Positions 15,778 to 28,911 of a DNA stretch of 64,000 bases are shown piece by piece. Position 1 is the stretch's first letter. Every line of letters starts with the position of its first letter. The position numbers and the translations under genes were made by a program. Under the pieces are notes generated by a model, which was given only the letters and a program-made list of their open reading frames with translations, did no database searches and was not told where the DNA came from. Source of the stretch: Octopus vulgaris (Eukaryota); NCBI GenBank assembly GCA_951406725.2, contig OX597823.1, positions 106,392,001 to 106,456,000 on the forward strand. The letters are read 5' to 3'.

Positions 15778-15778
<1 letters not shown>

Positions 15779-15844
<66 letters not shown>

Positions 15845-15875
15845 ATATTATTATTATTATTATTGTTGTTGTTGT

Positions 15876-15958
<83 letters not shown>

Positions 15959-15960
15959 TT
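15779..15960. repeat. (ATT)n-(GTT)n-(ACT)n microsatellite
   Basis: Direct inspection. Confidence 0.95.
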
Positions 15961-15976
15961 AATATCTTTAATAAGG

Positions 15977-16312
15977 TGGTGAAGGCGCATGGCTCAGTGG
16001 TTAGAGCGTCGAGCTTACGATCGCGAGATTGTTAGTTCGAATCCCGGATCGGACTGCGTGTTGTGGTCTTGAGCAAGATACTTTATTTCACGTTGCTTCA
16101 GTTCACTCAGCTATAGAAATGAGTTGCGATGTCACAGGTGCCAAGCTGTTTCTGCTGTTGCCTTTTCCTTGGATAACATCAGTGGCGTGGAGAGGGAAAG
16201 CCGATATGCATGGGCGACTGCTGGTCTTCCATAAACAACCTTGCCCGGTCTTGTGCCTTGGAGGGTAAATTTCTAGGTGTAATCCCACGGTCAGTCACGA
16301 CCGACGGAGGTC
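15977..16312 (+). mobile_element. tRNA-derived SINE family D (CORE-like body)
   Basis: A box TGGCTCAGTGG and B box GTTCGAATCC, followed by tcttgagcaagatacttt and ttcagttcactcagct. Related copy at 30520-30757 (-). Confidence 0.85.
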
Positions 16313-16320
16313 TCAGCAAT

Positions 16321-17125
16321 AAGGTGGTGAGCTGGCAGAATGCTTAGTGGCGTTTTGCCTGTCGCTGCGTTCTGAGTTCAGATTCCGCGCGTTCGGCTTC
16401 GCTTTTCATCTTTTCGGGGTCGTAAGTACCAGTTGCGTATTGGTGTCGATGTAATCGACTGGCCCCTCCCCAAAATTTTTAGACCTTGTGCCTATAGTAG
16501 AAGGGAATGTTATTATCATTAATAAGGCGGCGAGTTTGCCTTTCATCCTTCAGCATCGATAAATTAAATACCAGCTGAACACTGGGGGTTCATGTAATCA
16601 GCATATCCCCTCCCCCCAAATGGCTGCCCTTGTGGCAAAATTTGAAGCCATTATTGTTATCAGTAGGAGGGCGAAGAGTAGAACCGCCAGGATGTTGGGA
16701 ATAAAATGCGCTGTATTTATTTCTTCCGACTCATTTCGTTCTCGGTTCAAATCCCAGTAAGGTTAACTTCACATTTCTTCCCCCACCCCACCCCGTGTCG
16801 GAAAAACAAAGACCGAGTCGAGTAACAGAAATGAAGCAATCGACTTACCTCACCTTCCCTAAATTGTTGTTTACCCTCTGCCCAAATTAGAAACAATTAT
16901 TATTGTGGGATTTTCCCACAATAAACATATCGTCTTTCAATCTTCCAGGATTTTTCTAATATTGGCACAAGAACAGTAATCTTGAGGGGGAGGGGCAGGT
17001 TGATTATATAGACCCCAGTACTTGACTAGCACTTTATTTCTACCGACACATTTATCCGAAAGGACGAAAGCTAAAGATGACCTCTGCGGAATTTGAAGCG
17101 ACAGAAACAAAAATGCCATTTAGCA
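16321..17125. mobile_element. Cluster of four SINE family A copies (three +, one -)
   Basis: Heads or cores at about 16321, 16523 and 16665 (+) and 16940-17125 (-). Confidence 0.75.
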
Positions 17126-17247
17126 TTTCCCCCCCCCCCCAAACTCGCAGTCTTTCCAGGATCGATAATAGAAATACCAATCAATGATTGAGGTCAAAAC
17201 AATCGGCTATTTCTGGCCACTTAATTGTGCGACCTTCTGCATTTGTT

Positions 17248-17257
17248 AGTAGTAGTT

Positions 17258-17316
<59 letters not shown>

Positions 17317-17378
17317 GGTGGTGGTGGTGGTGGTGGTGGTGGTGGTAGTAGTAGTAGTAGTAGTGGTGGTGGTGGTAG
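17248..17378. repeat. (GTA)n/(GGT)n microsatellite
   Basis: Direct inspection. Confidence 0.95.
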
Positions 17379-17399
17379 ATGTTGCTGTTTTTTTTCCAA

Positions 17400-17590
17400 A
17401 TTAACCCTGAAGAAACAGTCATGATCAGTACCATTCCAGCCGTGACCATCCCTTCCATTTTCTTTTTAGTTGTTGTGCATGCAGCGCTATATTATTGAAC
17501 ATGTCTATCCTTCTTTAATGATATATAGGGTATGATTTGAGGGAGAGGAGATTTGGATCTTCCTTCTAGCAGGTTTAGGGGTCCCTTGTT
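17400..17590 (-). repeat. Old interspersed repeat family E (probable SINE)
   Basis: Motif ctgctagaa..g..ccaaatctc.ctcaaatca is shared with 37310-37335, 44377-44400 and 59320-59740. Confidence 0.45.
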
Positions 17591-17817
17591 GATACGTTGT
17601 TGCGTGGTAGATTGGTAATGGAAGTGCTTTTCGGTTGGGGATTAAAAGGTCGCAGCGGCGTTCGATCAGTGTGAACGTGGTAGGTATGTGGAGGTTGTAC
17701 AGTGAGCGTGGCCATAGTTGAGTTAAGATGAATGTTGTTGTTGTTGTGGTGGTGGTGGTGGTGGTGATGGTGGTGGTAGTGTAAATACTGAGAATGTGAG
17801 GTAGGATTTGATGGAAT

Positions 17818-18360
17818 GCGAGCTGGCAGAAACGTTAGCCGGGTGAAATGCTAAGCGGTATTTCGTCTGTCGTTACGTTTTGAGTTCAAATTCTGCCGAG
17901 GTCGACTTTGCCTTTCATCCTTTCGGGGGTCGATTAAATAAGTACCAGGTACGCACTGGGGTCGATATAATCGACTTAATCCGTTTGTCTGTCCTTGTTT
18001 GTCCCCTCTGTATTTAGCCCCTTGTGGGTAGTAAAGAAATAGGTATTTCGTCTGTCTTTACGTTCAGAGTTCAAATTCCACCGTGATCGATGTGCCTTTC
18101 ATCCTCTCGAGGTCGATAAATTAAGTACCAGTGAAACATTTGGGTCGATGTAATCGATTTATGCCCTCCCTCTAAAATGGCTGCACTTCTGGCAAAATTT
18201 GAAACCTTTATCTTCATTATTATTAATTCTGTCGAGGTCGATTTTGACTTTCATTCTTTTGGGGTCGATTAAGTAAGTACCGGTTATGCACTGAGGTCGA
18301 TGTAATCGACTTAATTCCCTCCCCCAAATTTGAGGCCATGTGCTTCCAGTAAAAAGGATT
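17818..18360 (+). mobile_element. Nested/tandem SINE family A array (three cores)
   Basis: Core gtcgactttgcctttcatcctttcggggtcgat..aagtacc recurs near 17900, 18085 and 18236. The first copy has the tail tttagccccttgtgggtagtaaagaaat. Confidence 0.85.
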
Positions 18361-19223
18361 ATTATTATTATTGTTGTTGTCGTTGTTGTTCGCCGAAGAC
18401 ATTCAACCTTTATAATTCGCCCTCTGCAACATGGTTTACTAAAATTGGAATTTTTTTTACCCAAAATACTGTAACTTCCTAATATTTTGTTTCCAAAAGA
18501 AAAGAGTAAAGCGTTTCTTTTGAGTAGGTGAGTGACTGTGTGTATGTGTGTTTGTGCTTGCATGTGTGTGTTTGGGTGTGTGTTTGCGCATGCGTGTTTG
18601 TGTGTGTGTATGTGCGTTTGCACGCGTGTGTGCATGCGTGCGTGTGGGGGCAAATTTTCTCTCCTTCACATCACTACGTAGAAAATTGGCTAAGAATATT
18701 TCACTCTACGAAGACAAAAGGAAAACTGATACATTAGAAAACGTCATTTCACTGAGAGAAAACAATGCATCGCAAATACTAAAGACCAACAACAAAAAGA
18801 AAGCACTGGCAATTTAGCAACAAATTTAAGGATATCGAGTGGAAATACTGTCAAGAGCAACAATGCTATGACTTGCAAACATTACGTCAAACGTAAATAG
18901 GAAAAACGAAAATGGAAAGTTAACTTTGGTGAACATTTTTTCAAACAAAACCCTCTTAATATGGAGCATTTTGCAAAATGAACGAAAGCCTGCTATCATT
19001 TTGCACTCAACACAAGAGTCAGTTTAACACAAGACAAACACAGGCTCCGAAAGAATGAGAATTTGTCTTCGCTTTGCCAAGTCAACGGAACCTTTCCTTG
19101 TTTCAAAGAAGAAAATCCTAGAAACAACTCATTCGGATATTTTACTTTACCGGTAAAAGGAAATATCTACTTTACCGGCAACATACAACAATAAGATATG
19201 TGTGCATATATAGGTATACAATT

Positions 19224-19510
19224 CAGTATCTAAGTCTTCCCCTGTGTAGAACTGCAGCAAAAAAATATTTAAACAATGACATCTCCAGTATAACATTTCT
19301 ATTTATTTAAATTAATTGATATAAAAAAAATTGTTTAAATTAACTAATAATAATCTTCTACATTTATTGTTTTCTCAGAAGGTTAATTCCGTAGTAGATA
19401 TGAATTGAAACCTGATAAAAATTTTCCTTGTTTACTCAATTTATCGTAGGGACAATTCCGTAATAAACATTAATACAGACTTAAGGCTGTAAAAGCGATA
19501 ACCAAAGTAC
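19224..19510. repeat. Unclassified AT-rich interspersed repeat, copy 2
   Basis: Matches 3097-3355. Confidence 0.8.
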
Positions 19511-19879
19511 CCCATAGATATATATTAAGGCTATAGTAATGGAAATCAAATTTACTATTTTTTTAGGGGTAAACAGATTTGAAGTTATTTAAATAATGAT
19601 TGTTATTCGTATATCATGGAAGAGAGAATTTAGTGAATCGATAGAAATCATTAATATAAACCAAACAAGTATTAAGGTCTGTTGTCGACTAACTAATTCA
19701 ATATTATTATTTACAAAATGAGAGACCATGCATAGCGCATATCCAAACTCTACAATACTATAATAAATATTATTTTGGTTATTAAATTTATTTAGTAAGT
19801 CAAATGAAACTATTTATTATTGTCATTAATATTATCATAATTATTATCACCATATAGATATACGTATATATACATCTTT

Positions 19880-20287
19880 TACGCTTTGACATTTACGTTC
19901 TTCCATGATTACACTGCTACCATGCTGGGGCTCTGCCCTGAGGAATTTATATAACAAATCCAGTACTTAAATTTTGAAGCCTAGTACTTATTATATCAAT
20001 CTCTTTGGCGAACCGTTAAATTTCAGGGACGTAAATACACTAAAACCGGTTGCCGAGCGGTGGTGGAGGCAAGCAACGACACAAAGACACACACACACAC
20101 ACACACACACATAAATATAGAAACAAGAAGTTGAAAATGCACTGGGATTCGGTTAAAGTTCTTAAAGACTCAATTGGATTCTCATATTTCTCTGATTTTC
20201 CAAAGTTGAAAAACGTGGAGCTACGCTGGTTATGCTCTTTCCTTGTCAGTTATTGTCCAAAAATCATCACAGTTTCACGCCTTTACC

Positions 20288-20349
<62 letters not shown>

Positions 20350-21292
20350 GTCAACAGCTCAAAGCAGCTGGGAATGGAGAGGATGGTGACAAAAAGAAAC
20401 ACAACACAAGTAGCTGATGCAAAAATATACAAACAAAATAAAGGTAGTACGGCTTAGAGACATTAGGACGAGACGTAAAAGTAACGCAATCGAAAATAAT
20501 GTTCTGTAGGACTGGAAAGAAAAGTGGAGAGATGAAAAGATGGAAAGAAGGATCGAACGAAAGGTAGGGAAAAAAACGAATTCAGGGTTGAAGGTAAAAG
20601 GGAAAAGGGAAAAGCGAGAGCCAGGAGAAGCGTGACTGAACACGTCAGCGGTCAAGCGAAGAAAAGCAGTTGAAAGGAGAAATGAGGTGGTCACATGATC
20701 GGAGAGGAGAGGGGAGAGAGAGAAAACAAGTGGTGAAGGGCAGAGAAACAGGCTGAGGTGGGGATGGAAGGAAATAAAAGGGAGAAGGGGGCAGATATAA
20801 AGAAAGAATAGCAGAAGGTTATACAAGGGATAGTAGGGAGAAGGAGAGAGAGAGAGAGAGAGTGATGGAGGGGTACAGAGAAACAGGGGGAAGTAGGGAG
20901 AATAGTGAAATGAAAGGGGTAGACAGAAACAGCAACAGAGGTAGGGAGATGAGAGGGGATAGATAGAAAGGCAAAATGAAAAGCGTGAATGGCGAAAGGA
21001 GAGGGAGACGGAGAGAGAAAGGAAGAAAAAGAGAGACGTCACACCCAATATTACCTGCGGTTTGAGTAAAAACAAGGTGGGTGCATGGACTTATATTAAA
21101 TAATAATATTCAGAAATTGAACTAAAAGCAAAATTATGGGCTTCCTTGAGTGTCGGTCTCCCATATTAACTCACAAGACTTAAGTCGGCCCGCGGCTATA
21201 AAGGTAGACCCAAGGTGCCACGCAGTGGGACTGAACCTGGAACCGTGTAGTTGGGAAGCAAGTTTCTTACCACAAAACCATGCTTGCGACTG
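19880..21292 (-). mobile_element. Old SINE family B copy split by an insertion of about 1 kb (20111-21170) in its internal microsatellite
   Basis: 3' half at 19880-20110 (ccatgctggg, ctagtacttat, gggacgtaaatacac) and head at 21170-21292 (caaggtgccacgcagtgggactgaacc). Confidence 0.65.
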
Positions 21293-21421
21293 TATAGCTA
21301 CATAATATAGGTGTGTGTTTGTGTGTGTATGTGTGTATGTGAGCGTGCGCTTATATTATACGTATGCATATATATATCTATAAATATATATATATATACA
21401 CATATATATATATATACATAG

Positions 21422-21456
<35 letters not shown>

Positions 21457-21476
21457 CATATATATATAAATATACA

Positions 21477-21509
<33 letters not shown>

Positions 21510-21543
21510 TTTATACATATATAAGTATGTATATGTACATATA

Positions 21544-21578
<35 letters not shown>

Positions 21579-21727
21579 GTATGTATATATATATAGGTGC
21601 GTGTGAGTGTGTGTGTGTGTCTCCTGTGTACATATACATACTTATATATGTATAAAAAAAATATATATATATATATATGTATATATATGTCTGTGTGTGC
21701 ATGTATATATATATGTGTGTGTGTATG

Positions 21728-21758
<31 letters not shown>

Positions 21759-22144
21759 ATACAGATATATATTTATACATGGGCACACGCATATATGTAT
21801 GTATACTCAGACACAAACACACAGACACAATCACACACACATATGCGTGTGTATGCACGTATGTGAAAGGATGTGGGTTTATTAGTCTGAGATGCCCAGA
21901 TGTCTGTTCATTCGTGAGTATTTATGAGCGTATGTTAGAGCCTCTGTAAACCTGTGTTTATGAGCGCTTGTGTACTTCGGCCCTGCGTGCACCTGTGCAG
22001 GCTCGAACTGCACTATGCGCTTATTAAGGTACAATAAACAGTAATTTATCACACCCTAACTAGAGTATTGGACACATTTAATATATGTACATATGTATAT
22101 ATGTGAGTGTAGGGGTGAGAGAGATTCTGTTACATGTAGTATGC

Positions 22145-22224
<80 letters not shown>

Positions 22225-22345
22225 GTCTATGTATGTATGTATGTACGTATGTGTGTATGTATGTATCTATCTATCTATCTGCCTTCCTACCTACCTATCT
22301 ATCTTTTTATCTAAACACATGCTTATAGGCGTTGACATTCCAGTG

Positions 22346-22396
<51 letters not shown>

Positions 22397-22424
22397 ATAC
22401 ATATACATATATATACATATACAT

Positions 22425-22519
<95 letters not shown>

Positions 22520-22712
22520 TATATACAAATACGTATAAATTTATATACGTGCGCACACAAGCATACAGAGCACTCATGCTCACACACACAAACATACTCA
22601 CATACGTGCACATGTTTATATACCCATATCAATGCCGATGGCTATAAAGATATATGTTGGTATTAGTTTTTATCTGGTATTAAAACGTGTGTGTGTTTGT
22701 TTAAATATCTAC

Positions 22713-22764
<52 letters not shown>

Positions 22765-22950
22765 GTATGTATATAAACAAATTTATACATACACACACAC
22801 ACACACATATGGAAAAGGTGTTTTCCTGGGACTAAGAAAGGTAGTAACATCGTCCTAACCAGGAGAGTCTCTTTACGTTGGAAAAAGATTTTACTCTCTC
22901 TCTCTCTCTCTCTCTCTCACCCCCCCCCCATATATATATCTATATATTTC

Positions 22951-23250
22951 TAGTGGCAGCTCAGAGCTGCGGCCATGCTGAAGCACCGCCGTTTTCCTAC
23001 ACTGTTATTACCAAGAGCCTCCTCTAATATATGGCACTTGGTGAAGAATGGAGTTTGATATAGTTACTCCCATTTGCACCTCTTGCTGTGAGGTAGATTC
23101 ATCTGGGACTCTCGACAGGAAGAGGTCCAGCTTTGATTTAAAAACTCCTACATCTACATTGTGCAAGTCCCTCAGACCTTTTGGGAGAATATTAAATAGG
23201 TGTGGGCCCTTGAAACCCAGGCTGGCATTGCTGGGATCTTTGGCACTATG
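22951..23250 (-). mobile_element. CR1/L2-group LINE 3' terminus
   Basis: SLGFKGPHLFNILPKGLRDLHNVDVGVFKSKLDLFLSRVPDE is a typical C-terminus. The 3' UTR is ggcggtgcttcagcatggccgcagctctgagctg. Confidence 0.82.
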
Positions 23251-23661
23251 TATAAATAATGTATATATATACATACATCTACATATATATATATATATCT
23301 GTGTGTGTGTACAAACACACACATACAAGATCACATGCAAATCAGTTTGTGTATATATGTCGTACTATATAACACAAAGCTTAATAAAATTTTATATCTT
23401 GTTTATCTTTGCGTAATACAGCAAGGTGCATCACGTATATGTATGTATGTTTGTATGTATGTATGTATGTGTATGTATGTTTGTATGTATGTATGTATGT
23501 ATGTATGTGTATGTACGTTTGTATACATATACATATGCATGCATCTATCTATCTATCTATCTATCTAGCTATATATAAATATATATATGTATATATATAT
23601 ATGTATATATAGACATATATATATATAAACGTTTATATATATGTATATACGTTTATATATA

Positions 23662-23743
<82 letters not shown>

Positions 23744-23744
23744 T

Positions 23745-23783
<39 letters not shown>

Positions 23784-23823
23784 CATTTAGGAATGGTCAT
23801 TTTGCCAGTTTAGCCAATATATT

Positions 23824-23882
<59 letters not shown>

Positions 23883-23890
23883 AAATATAT

Positions 23891-23968
<78 letters not shown>

Positions 23969-24294
23969 ATGCATGTGTGTACACAGACACAAAAACGCAT
24001 ATAAATCTAAACGCCTGTGTCAGTATATATGCTTTTTTATGCACATAAATCATAAGTTTGTCAGAGTAGTTTCTTGATGACAGTAGTAACCCGAAACTTC
24101 GAGGTCACTGTTATGCACTTCCTTGCAGAGATTAAGAAACATGTAATTAACAGAAAGTTATTAATTTTCTTTCAATACAATCATAAATTATATTTCTATT
24201 AAACTTTCACTAAAATAAAAAAAAAGAAGAGAAAAATAAAACATTAGTAAACACACAGAAAACCATTCAGTAACAGATATCGTTTTATATATGA

Positions 24295-24354
<60 letters not shown>

Positions 24355-24436
24355 CTCTCTGTCTGCCTGTTTCTCTATCTGTTTATATATATACATACAT
24401 ATGTGTATATATATATATACATACATATGTATATAT

Positions 24437-24533
<97 letters not shown>

Positions 24534-24540
24534 CGCTCTG

Positions 24541-24927
24541 TCTTTTACTCTTTTACTTGTTTCAGTAATTTGACTGGAGCCATGCTGGAGCACTGCCTTA
24601 AGTCGAGCAAATCGACCCCAAGGACCAATTTTTTGTAAGCCTAGTACTTATTTTATCGTAACCTAAGTTACGGGGACGTAAACACACAAGCATCGGTTGT
24701 CAAGCGATGTTGGGGGGACAAACACAGACACACAAACACACTCACACATACATATATATATATATACATATACATATATACGACGGGCTTGTTTCAATTT
24801 CCGTCTACCAAATACACTCTCAAGGCTTTAGTAGAAGACACTTGCCTAAGGTGCCACGCAGTGGGACTGAACCCGGAAACATGTGGTTGGTAAGCAAGCT
24901 ACTTACAACACAGCCACTCCTGCACCT
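24541..24927 (-). mobile_element. SINE family B
   Basis: Reverse complement of the family B consensus, with small deletions. Confidence 0.9.
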
Positions 24928-24945
24928 ATATATATATATATATAT

Positions 24946-25060
24946 TTCAGGGTTAGGACCACTTTCTTAGGATTTCTCTGTCCAGCAGTCAGTGTGGACC
25001 AACTTTCCACCTAAGATTTTCTATGTGATGGTAGAGGGGAGTGGGGCTAACCCTGATATA
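24946..25060. mobile_element. Small TIR element (MITE-like)
   Basis: tcagggttaggaccact ... agtggggctaaccctga, in a TA context. The same terminus tatcagggttaggac occurs near 47972. Confidence 0.45.
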
Positions 25061-25189
25061 TTGAAATACCAGGTAAAACTAACAACCTTTTTTTTAATTT
25101 TTATAAATTGCATTGTTTTGCGTCTTAAAATAGGTATAATTATAAAAGTTGAAGCATTTGATACAATGCTTCATATAAACTATACTACT

Positions 25190-25243
<54 letters not shown>

Positions 25244-25260
25244 GACATTCTCTCTCTCTT

Positions 25261-25313
<53 letters not shown>

Positions 25314-25534
25314 GTGTTTGTTTGTGTGTGTGTGTTTGTTTGTGTGTGTGTGTGTGTGGTTCAGTGCTAGTCATTTGTATATTTTAGTATTTACACAGTG
25401 AATATAGATATATAGACAGATAGTATACTAGTTGCCTCTCCCGCAAAAAGGCAAACCAAGGTTGCAAACTTGTTTTGAAACCGCTTCGCTGTGTAATAAA
25501 AGTACAAAATTGAATACCAAGCCTTGGTAATGGT

Positions 25535-26050
25535 GTTATACATAGATTAGAAACTCTTTTGTCAGGTAACTACAACCACTGCTGGCATCATGGAATAACT
25601 ATGCGATCTATGAAATCGAATAATTACCCACGATTTGGGTATCATACCGAGATTCGAAATCGTTTCGCTGGGTAACTACTACTGCAGTTACCATCAAAGG
25701 ATATCTGTACTATTTATGAAAGCGAATAACTAGCTTCGGTTAACGCATCTATCATACCCAGATTTGAAACCGTTTCGCTGGGTAACTACTACTGCAGGTA
25801 CCATCAAAGGATATCTGTACTATTTATGAAAGCGAATAACTAGCTTCGGTTAACGCATCTACCATACCAAGATTTGAAACCGTTTCGCCAGTAACTATAT
25901 TCAATGCTATAACCCTCGGTTATTTATACAATCGATAAAATACGGTGGGGGGTGGGGAAACCAGCATTGAGCAGAATATCATTCCGAGATTCGAACCTGT
26001 TCTGTCGGGTAACAACTACCACCGCTACCACTCTCAGTTATTTATACAAA
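25535..26050. repeat. 110-bp tandem minisatellite
   Basis: 25641-25750 and 25751-25860 are nearly identical, with diverged units on both sides. Confidence 0.9.
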
Positions 26051-26485
26051 CTACAAAATAGAGTAGCTTTGATTTATTGATTATTTCCGATACACTAAAT
26101 AATGATAAATATGTTTGGATATTTCTGTTGCAACCCAATTGGTACACCCATAGTCAGGTGTCAACCTACTCCGCCCACCTTGGTATATTTTATAAGGAGT
26201 GTGTGTGTGTGTGTGTGGGAGAGAGTGCTGCTATTATACGCATGTGCATGCATACATTTATGCATACGTATGTCGGGGTGTGTGCTGCAAGCACATAATT
26301 TATCCCCACAATTGCATATATACGTGCAGGCGTGTGTGCATGACTGCATGCGTGCATACAAAACAATGCGCATTATACACAAATTTATATATATGTGTGT
26401 GTGTGTGTGCGTGTACGCATATCTGTGTGTATATATGATGTATATAGACATATAACTGTATGAATGTATATCTGTCTCTCTCTCT

Positions 26486-26521
<36 letters not shown>

Positions 26522-26524
26522 ATA

Positions 26525-26580
<56 letters not shown>

Positions 26581-26604
26581 TTAGGTATTAAATATTCATA
26601 GGTG

Positions 26605-26640
<36 letters not shown>

Positions 26641-27063
26641 TTATTTATATGTATATGTATAGTATGTATGTGTATGTGTGTTTGTATGTATGTATCTATA
26701 TATGTATGTAGATAGGTAGCTATGCATGTATGCAAGTATGTTTATATATGTGTGTGCTTATATGTACAAGCATACACGTAAATATAAAAAATACGTGTGT
26801 GAGACAGTATATCCGTATTTGCGCGAATGTGTGCACGCGAGCGGGTGTGTTGCAGTTGTATGAATGCAGGTAGGTCTGGGAAAATAAGTTTGCATGAAAT
26901 GTAACTATATATATATATATATATATATCCCAAAATTCGACACGGGTTGCAGAATAAACCTCTGTCTATTCTGCGACTCGGTTTCCATTGCCAGGCTAAG
27001 CTATTTGCTGGCTAGATTATTTACGCGTGTGTGTCATTGCGCGCGTGTATGTGTATATATGTG

Positions 27064-27182
<119 letters not shown>

Positions 27183-27190
27183 GGCGTATA

Positions 27191-27603
27191 GGCGCAGGAG
27201 TGGATGTGTGGTAAGTAGCTTGCTAACCAACCACATGGTTCCGGGTTCAGTCCCACTGCGTGGCATCTTGGGCAAGTGTCTTCTGCTACAGCCCCGAGCC
27301 GACCAATGCCTTGTGAGTGGATTTGGTAGACGGAAACTGAAAGAAGCCTGTCGTATATATATGTATATATATATATGTGTGTGTGTTTGTGTGTCTGTGT
27401 TTGTCCCCCTAGCATTGCTTGACAACCGATGCTGGTGTGTTTACGTCCCCGTCACTTAGCGGTTCAGCAAAAGAGACCGATAGAATAAGTACTGGGCTTA
27501 CAAAGAATAAGTCCCGGGGTCGATTTGCTCGACTAAAAGGCGGTGCTCCAGCATGGCCGCAGTCAAATGACTGAAACAAGTAAAAGAGTAAAAGAGTAAA
27601 GAG
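27191..27603 (+). mobile_element. tRNA-derived SINE family B, full length
   Basis: ggcgcaggagtgg.tgtgtggt A box, GGTTCAGTCCC B box, CORE-like cttgggcaagtgtctt, internal (TA)(TG) tract and (GTAAAAGA)n tail. Confidence 0.93.
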
Positions 27604-27706
27604 AATATGAACATTTGTAAACGTACACACACACGCATATATATATATATATATGTATACATACGTATATACACCACAAACACGTACACACACACACACA
27701 CACACA

Positions 27707-28203
27707 TTCTTTTATTATTTTAACTGTTTCAGTCATTTGACTGCGGCCATGCTGGAGACCACCTTAAAGTGATTTTAGTCGAAAAAATCGACTTCCGGAC
27801 TTATTCCTTATAAACCTAGTACTTATTCTATCGTTCTCTTTTATCGAGTCGCTATTCCATGGGGATGTAAATACACCAATATCGGTTGTCAAGCGTCGTG
27901 GGGGTGGACAAACACAAACAAAAAGACAAACACACATAAATACACACACACTTGCACATATACACACACACGCATATACACACGCAGACATGCACACACA
28001 CACACACACACACACATACACACATATATATATATATATACGACAGGATTCTTTCAGTTTCCATCTACTATATCCACTTGTATTGCTTTGGTTGGCCCGA
28101 CACTATAGTAGAAGACACCTGCCCAAGGTGCCACGGAGTGAGATTGATCCTGGAACCATGTGGTCGAGCCACTAGCTTCTTACCGCACAGCCATTTCTGC
28201 GCC
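27707..28203 (-). mobile_element. SINE family B, older copy
   Basis: Diverged reverse complement of 27191-27603. Confidence 0.88.
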
Positions 28204-28225
28204 TATATATACATATCTATCTATG

Positions 28226-28278
<53 letters not shown>

Positions 28279-28299
28279 ACCTGTCTATCTATCTATCTG

Positions 28300-28669
<370 letters not shown>

Positions 28670-28875
28670 AAGAAGAAAAGGAAAATGGAGATTAGGAAGT
28701 TAATAATTGTATATTATTAACAGCAAATTAAGCATCTTCACATCCCTTCATGAAGCTAACACAATCTCTAATCGAAGTATACATACATACATACACACAT
28801 ACATACATACATACATACATACATACATACATACATACATACATACATACATACACACATACATACATACATACA

Positions 28876-28911
<36 letters not shown>

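Noticed and set aside
15977-16050. tRNA gene
   Set aside because: The A/B boxes continue into a SINE body, there is no clean cloverleaf or terminator, and related copies are dispersed.
21360-24080. YI/CV/HT/YLSI-repeat ORFs (also throughout 33-43 kb, 49-55 kb and 60-61 kb)
   Set aside because: Stop-free frames of (TA)n, (CA)n, (TCTA)n and (TACA)n repeats.
25535-26050. CRISPR-like array
   Set aside because: The units are contiguous 110-bp tandem repeats without unique spacers, in a eukaryotic context with no cas genes.
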